From contig OZ243951.1 in assembly GCA_965214565.1 (NCBI GenBank), positions 2,579,166 through 2,643,165 of the forward strand: a DNA stretch of 64,000 nucleotides, in the 5' to 3' direction. A program made the translations under genes and the position numbers. The number at the start of each line of letters is the position of its first letter. Position 1 is the stretch's first letter. This DNA comes from Candidatus Aldehydirespiratoraceae bacterium. Its GTDB lineage: Bacteria > Actinomycetota > Acidimicrobiia > Acidimicrobiales > Aldehydirespiratoraceae. Below are positions 58,837-64,000 of this stretch, one piece after another. A model generated the notes under the pieces. It ran no database searches. It had not been told where the DNA came from and saw only the letters and a list, made by a program, of their open reading frames with translations.

Positions 58837-59594
58837 GCGGCCGCAGGCACAGCAACCCCAACGAATCTCGTCTGGCCTGTTTGCTCTGGAAAGAGTTTCA
58901 ACCTCTGGCGGCCGGATACAGGCGACTATTACGACAGCGTTGTTGCCGCGAGTATCACCGCGCACCTACAAGAAAAGCGATATCGGCGGAGCAGAGTCAA
59001 GTCTTCAGCTTTCTCTCAGATCGATGAAGCGCTGCTGGCCGATCCAACAACTCTGGCCTGCATGAGAGCAAGGATCGTATTTCGCAGGGTAGCTAGGACT
59101 ACCGATACTCGTACTTTTGTGTGCGCCCTTGTCCCACCCCACAGAGTCACCACAGAAGCCGCCTCCTATTTCGAACAGGTCCGAGGGGAGATATCCGACG
59201 AAGCGTATCTGTTGGGGCTTCTGTCGTCGATGATTTTCGATTGGCAACTCCGCCGTGTCATGGAATTGACCCTCAGTTTTACGGATCTTATGGCGACATC
59301 CCTCCCCGACCCTGGTAAGGGTCACCCGGTGCGTGATCGGGTTGTTGCGCTTGCTGGGCGGCTCGCCGCGACGGATGAGAGGTATGCGGATTGGGCTGCC
59401 GAAGTCGGTGTACCTATCAGGTCAGCGAACGATGAGGAGACCAAGCAGGACCTGATCTGCGAACTCGACGCGTGCGTCGCCCACCTCTACGGGTTGGATG
59501 AAGACGACCTCGCGGTGATCTACGAGACCTTCAGCGAAACCGTCGACTACACCGACCGCTACGCGGCGGTCCTTCAACACTTCAGGAGGTTGGC

Positions 59595-60314
59595 ATGAGC
59601 AATGCATACGATGAATCGGCCGATCAGATCGGTTGCATCGACGGCTCGGTCCTTCGTGTAACCATGTGCGGAACGGAGGTCCACCTGAAATTCGGTGACA
59701 AGATCGCGCCGCTTTCCCATATGGCAGTTGAGCGCCTAACGACGCTGCTGCAATCAAAGAGCCGAGACAGTCCTGTATCGGTCGCAGCACCGAAAGGGCC
59801 GTCTCGACGCATGGGCGCGGCTGTCAATCCCGGTGTTGCCGAACTCCTCGGGACCGGTCTCGTCGACGACGGCACCGTACTCACGCTTCGCCACCGTGGA
59901 ATTGAGCACACCGCGACTGTGAGCGCGAACGGTCAGATCGCATTCGACGGACGTCTCTACGACAGCCCGTCGGGTGCTGCACAGGCTGCTTGTGAGGGTG
60001 CATCCGTGAACGGCTGGACCGCATGGAAGCTCTTCGACGGTTCGGCTATCGACGAGAAGCGCTGGCTGTTTCGCGCCGGTGACTTTCCGGGCCAAGGCCA
60101 CAGCTACGCGGATTCCAGCGCAAAGGAAATGCGACAAATTGCCCTCAGGTGGGTGGAGCACGCACTAGATGCCCGTCTTGACCCAGCCGAACCCGGCGAC
60201 GAAGTTGAGGTCTTTCTTGGCGGCCATGGGTATGCGGAAAGCACCTTGGAGTCGTATCGAAGGCACCTCCGTAATTGGCGAGACCTTTACGGCGGTGGCG
60301 CGGCAGAGCGATGA
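59595..60314 (+). CDS. RAMA/DUF4357-like modified-DNA reader domain protein
   Basis: ATGA overlap with the methyltransferase stop. Central ...LLGTGLVDDGTVLTL.HRG.EHTATV.ANGQI.FDGRLYDSPSGAAQAA.EGASVNGWTAWK... pattern. Confidence 0.6.
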   Translation: MSNAYDESADQIGCIDGSVLRVTMCGTEVHLKFGDKIAPLSHMAVERLTTLLQSKSRDSPVSVAAPKGPSRRMGAAVNPGVAELLGTGLVDDGTVLTLRHRGIEHTATVSANGQIAFDGRLYDSPSGAAQAACEGASVNGWTAWKLFDGSAIDEKRWLFRAGDFPGQGHSYADSSAKEMRQIALRWVEHALDARLDPAEPGDEVEVFLGGHGYAESTLESYRRHLRNWRDLYGGGAAER

Positions 60315-60354
60315 GCGCCTCTCAACTCGAGCACTGCGGGGATTCGCCTGGTTT

Positions 60355-60669
60355 TCAGGTCTCTGCCTCTTCGTCTTCAGGGAGGAAGTACGACGTTCCG
60401 TCGTCGCGGAACACCCGCATCCTGATGATTCCCTGCCTTCCCAGGTCTACGAGCGAACCGGGGTACAGGTGCCTGAGCACATCGCGTTCCTCCTCGAGCA
60501 GTGAGGTCAAGCTTCCCGGTGGGAATCTGCCGCAAGGAAACTTTCTCTCGAACTCCTCGAACGCGGCCTGCTTCTCCTCGAGAGGACGAAGATGGGGCGG
60601 CACTGCCGGACGCTCGCCCGGATCGAATTCGTTCTGCCCTTCGGTGGCGTGGCGGCCAGCATTTATCAT
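60355..60669 (-). CDS. hypothetical 104-aa protein, opposite strand, inside the defence island
   Basis: ATG start, protein-like acidic sequence ...GIIRMRVFRDDGTSYFLPEDEEAET. No family recognised. Confidence 0.4.
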   Translation of the reverse strand: MINAGRHATEGQNEFDPGERPAVPPHLRPLEEKQAAFEEFERKFPCGRFPPGSLTSLLEEERDVLRHLYPGSLVDLGRQGIIRMRVFRDDGTSYFLPEDEEAET

Positions 60670-60735
60670 GAATCCGATGCTACAGAGATTTCATGCAATT
60701 GCAACTACTTTTGATTCTGGGCTCGGAGTAGCGGC

Positions 60736-63700
60736 ATGAATGGGAATGTGAAGCCGGAGTTCGTCGTCAATCGTGACGGTAGGACAGTGTCTGAGGCGCT
60801 CTCCGGGTTCATCTCCCATGCGGCCACCGGGTTTGTCGGTGGGGCATCCCTCGATGTCGTCACCGCCTACTTCAACGTCGGCGGCTACGCGTTGCTCGCT
60901 GATTCGCTGAACCAACTCACCGGTGTGCGACTGCTCCTCGGAGCGGAGCCGACCCCGCCGGAGAACCCCCGCAGGGAGCTGCACTCGGAGTCGGCGAATC
61001 CCCAGCGGGCAGCGCGTAGCCGTTTGCGTCGAGCGCTCGACGGTCATGAGCAGAACCTCATCATCGAGCGGGACCACCTCGGATTCAGTCAGGAAGTCGA
61101 TGCCGCGACTCGCCGACTGCTTGAGTGGCTTCAACTCGACACGGTCCAGGTGCGCCGGCTTGAGCACCGCTTCATCCACGGCAAGGCGTTCCTGGTCAGC
61201 GACCATTCCCACGGTGTGGTGGCCGGATCGTCGAACCTCACGTATGCCGGGTTGACGACCAACCTGGAGTTGAACCTCGGGAACTATTCCCCTCACGTCG
61301 TCGGGCAGGTGAAGGACTGGTTCGATGAGTTGTGGGCCGAGGCGGTCGACTACGACCTCGCAGCGCTGTTCGAGTCCCGCTTCGAGCCCCATTCCCCGCA
61401 GCTCGTGTACCTGCGGATGCTGTGGGAGTTCTACGGCTCGGAATTACAGGATGAGGCGTCGTCCGAAGGGGCATCGCAGATCCACCTGACCTCTTTCCAG
61501 TCCGACGGGCTGTTCCGTGCTCGACGCATCCTCGAAGAGCGTAACGGGGTGCTGATCGCCGATGAGGTCGGTTTGGGCAAGACGTTCCTGGCGGGGGAGT
61601 TGATTCGCGAAGCGGCGCTGGATCGTCGCCAGCGAGTACTGGTCATCACGCCGGCCACGCTGCGCGACGGGCCGTGGAAGGCGTTCAGGTCAGAGCACAA
61701 CCTGCCCATGGAGCTCGTGTCGTATGAAGAGCTCATGGCCGACGCTCGTTTGAACCCGGAGCACGCGTCGGCACACAAACTCGAAGCCACGATCAACGAC
61801 TACGCGATGGTGGTGATCGACGAAGCCCACAATCTGCGCAATCCCAGTACACAACGGGCATCTGCGATCCGCACGCTGTTGGCCGGATCACCGCCCAAGA
61901 AGCTGGTGATGCTCACCGCCACCCCGGTGAACAACAGCTTGTGGGACCTGTACCACCTGCTCGGATACTTCCTGCGCAACGACGCTGCGTTCGCCGATGC
62001 AGGCATCCGCTCGCTCCGCGACCACTTCGCCAAGGCGATGAATCTAGACCCAGACGACCTGACCCCTGAGCATCTCTTCGACGTGCTCGACGCGGTGGCG
62101 GTACGGCGAACTCGGTCGTTCGTCAAACGCTTCTATCCCAATGACACGATCAGGGTCCGCGGCAAGGAGCAGGCCATCGTCTTTCCGACCCCACGGGTCC
62201 GCAAGATCGACTACAGGCTCGACGATGTGCTGCCCGGATTCTTTGACCGGTTCGCTCATGCCCTCGACCCCGAAGCCGGCGCCGATGATCCTGATGCTCT
62301 CAGCCTGGCACGGTACGCCCCGTCTCAGTATCACCTCGACAACGGGGTTGAGGCGTATGAAGTCCAGCTCGCAGGCCTGCTGCGGTCGGGTTTGCTGAAA
62401 CGCTTCGAGTCTTCACCGTACGCCTTCGCCGAGACATGCCAGAAGATGGCCACGAGTCACGACGCATTCCTGTCGTTGCTCAACAACGGGCGTGTGGCCA
62501 CCGGCGATGCTCTGGCCGACTGGATCGCCACCGATTCCGACGAGATCGACGAGGCACATGCCGACACCTACCTCGACGCGATCGTCGGAGTGACCGACGA
62601 CGCTGCGGCCTATGACCTCGACCGCCTCCGTGAGCACGCCGAACGTGACCGAGACCTGCTCAGGTCCTTCGCGGCCGAGGCCCGAACCGTCACTCGATCC
62701 GATGATCCCAATTTGACTGTTCTGGTTGAGGAGCTTGCCGCTATCGCAGCCGAAGCTGCATCCGAAGGCATCGGTCCTGCCGATGAAGGAAACCGTCGCA
62801 AGGTGCTCATCTTCAGCTACTTTGCCGACACGGTCGACTGGATCTATGAACATCTCGTCGCCGTGGCGCAGAGCGATCAACGCCTAGCCCCATACAGGGA
62901 CCGCATCGCGTCGTTGTCCGGCAGTTCTGGCACTGACAGCAAGAAGTCGGTGCTCTGGGGATTCGCACCTCAAACCACCGATGCTCCTGAAGGCTTCAAC
63001 GATGACCTGTTCGACATTGTCGTGACGACCGACGTGCTCGCGGAAGGAGTCAACCTCCAACAGGCCCGCCACATCATCAACTACGATCTGCCCTGGAACC
63101 CGATGCGCCTGGTTCAACGACACGGACGGATCGACCGCATCGGGTCGCACCACAAAGAAGTCTTCCTGAGCTGCGTCTTCCCCGACGACCGTCTCGACGA
63201 TCTGCTCGGTCTCGAAGAACGCTTGCACACCAAACTCGCCCAAGCAGCCGCCAGCGTCGGCGTGGGCGAGGTGCTTCCCGACCAGGCCGCTCAGGTTGAG
63301 ATCAACTTCACCGAGACGCGAGAGGAGATCGAACGCCTTCGCAACGAGGATGCAGCAATCTTGGAACGGGGCGGCACCGGCCGAGGCGCACTGTCAGGCG
63401 AGGAGTTCCGCCAAGAACTGCGCCAGGCGCTCGAAGACAACGACCTGGCGCATCAGATCAAAGCGCTCCCCTGGGGATCGGGGTCGGGAATGGCGGTCGC
63501 ACCCGACGGGCGACCCGGTTACGTGTTCTGCGCCCGGATCGGCGACCACCCCCGACCGCTGTTCCGCTTTGTCGAGACCGGACCCGAGGCAGAAGTGGTC
63601 GACGAGACTCTGGCCTGCCTTCACATGGCCCGCCCCCCCTCAGGCTTCAATACGGAGCGGCGGTTGGCCGACACTGCCATCCATGGTGCCTTCGCTGCCT

Positions 63701-64000
63701 GGGAAACCGCCCGAGACCACATTGTCGACGGCTGGAACTTCATGGCCGACAAAGCCAACCTGGAACCGAAGATCGTCCCGCGCCTCCGCCGAGCGGCGGA
63801 GATCCTCCGAGAGAACCCACCGTCCCGACTGACTCAGGATGCGATCGACCGGGCCATCGACGCCATCAATGCCCCCTACTCTGAACGCACCATCAGAACC
63901 TTCCAAAAAGCCATGCAGAGCACCGGCGATCCGTCCGAACAAGCTGAAAAAATCCTCGGAGTGATCGACTCCCTGGGTCTGGAACCCTACGTCCCCCCTG
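60736..64000 (+). CDS. PLD-family (HKD) nuclease domain fused to an SNF2/DEAH helicase; 3' end outside window
   Basis: Not in the ORF track because it has no stop. I translated 1,088 codons without a stop. Motifs: HKD FIHGKAFLVSD...GSSNLT; helicase I ADEVGLGKT, II VIDEAHNLRN, III LTATPVNNS; V/VI VLAEGVNLQ...LPWNPMRLVQRHGRIDRIG. GGAG lies 7 nt upstream of ATG 60736. Confidence 0.85.
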   Translation, partial: MNGNVKPEFVVNRDGRTVSEALSGFISHAATGFVGGASLDVVTAYFNVGGYALLADSLNQLTGVRLLLGAEPTPPENPRRELHSESANPQRAARSRLRRALDGHEQNLIIERDHLGFSQEVDAATRRLLEWLQLDTVQVRRLEHRFIHGKAFLVSDHSHGVVAGSSNLTYAGLTTNLELNLGNYSPHVVGQVKDWFDELWAEAVDYDLAALFESRFEPHSPQLVYLRMLWEFYGSELQDEASSEGASQIHLTSFQSDGLFRARRILEERNGVLIADEVGLGKTFLAGELIREAALDRRQRVLVITPATLRDGPWKAFRSEHNLPMELVSYEELMADARLNPEHASAHKLEATINDYAMVVIDEAHNLRNPSTQRASAIRTLLAGSPPKKLVMLTATPVNNSLWDLYHLLGYFLRNDAAFADAGIRSLRDHFAKAMNLDPDDLTPEHLFDVLDAVAVRRTRSFVKRFYPNDTIRVRGKEQAIVFPTPRVRKIDYRLDDVLPGFFDRFAHALDPEAGADDPDALSLARYAPSQYHLDNGVEAYEVQLAGLLRSGLLKRFESSPYAFAETCQKMATSHDAFLSLLNNGRVATGDALADWIATDSDEIDEAHADTYLDAIVGVTDDAAAYDLDRLREHAERDRDLLRSFAAEARTVTRSDDPNLTVLVEELAAIAAEAASEGIGPADEGNRRKVLIFSYFADTVDWIYEHLVAVAQSDQRLAPYRDRIASLSGSSGTDSKKSVLWGFAPQTTDAPEGFNDDLFDIVVTTDVLAEGVNLQQARHIINYDLPWNPMRLVQRHGRIDRIGSHHKEVFLSCVFPDDRLDDLLGLEERLHTKLAQAAASVGVGEVLPDQAAQVEINFTETREEIERLRNEDAAILERGGTGRGALSGEEFRQELRQALEDNDLAHQIKALPWGSGSGMAVAPDGRPGYVFCARIGDHPRPLFRFVETGPEAEVVDETLACLHMARPPSGFNTERRLADTAIHGAFAAWETARDHIVDGWNFMADKANLEPKIVPRLRRAAEILRENPPSRLTQDAIDRAIDAINAPYSERTIRTFQKAMQSTGDPSEQAEKILGVIDSLGLEPYVPP

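Larger units (their letters stand above)
55180..59598 (+). pseudogene. type IIG-like / Eco57I-like N6-adenine DNA methyltransferase, frame-interrupted (segments 55180-58368, 58158-58760, 58594-59598)
   Basis: N-terminus has ...VDWVILTRSSEIRLY... (PD-(D/E)xK-like region). Motif I is FRCADIAMGSAHFL and motif IV is LGNPPWEKV. Protein-like sequence changes frame at the G16 and (CA)10 tracts. The C-terminal segment returns to the N-terminal frame. Confidence 0.8.

Overview
High-GC actinobacterial chromosome (gene order resembles Acidimicrobiia or other deep Actinobacteria). About 54 kb is conserved housekeeping. In order: pyrC-carA-carB-pyrD, mihF-gmk-rpoZ-coaBC-metK-priA, def-fmt-rsmB, mogA, ribD, hisG, infC-rpmI-rplT, pheS-pheT. 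Then a taurine/sulfoacetaldehyde catabolic cluster (tpa, tauABC-like, pta, tetR, xsc), a split suf Fe-S cluster region, an acyl-CoA dehydrogenase, aceE and rnhA. No rRNA, tRNA, CRISPR, transposase or integrase was recognised. Three things stand out. (1) From about 54.9 kb to the window end there is a defence-type island. It holds a roughly 1,470-codon type IIG-like N6-adenine methyltransferase, a RAMA-like reader-domain gene, and a PLD-nuclease/SNF2-helicase fusion. The ORF track misses the fusion because it runs off the window without a stop. The methyltransferase changes frame at a G16 tract and a (CA)10 tract. It also contains 2 and 3 tandem paralogous peptide modules placed in staggered reading frames. 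This is either a multi-state slipped-strand switch or a decaying gene. (2) Two adjacent minus-strand ORFs (34548-35075) are one frame joined by an in-frame TGA. The local sequence is ...ALAD-U-GSCTTC..., with a hairpin just downstream, and the gene is translationally coupled to a CPTC thioredoxin-fold fusion protein. This is a candidate selenoprotein. (3) Short tandem duplications recur at gene junctions: carB/pyrD, pheS/pheT (three decoy 5-codon mini-ORFs), downstream of pheT, and the xsc RBS. There is also a near-perfect 963-bp in-frame duplication giving a double TauA binding protein. carB carries an apparent 1-nt frameshift.
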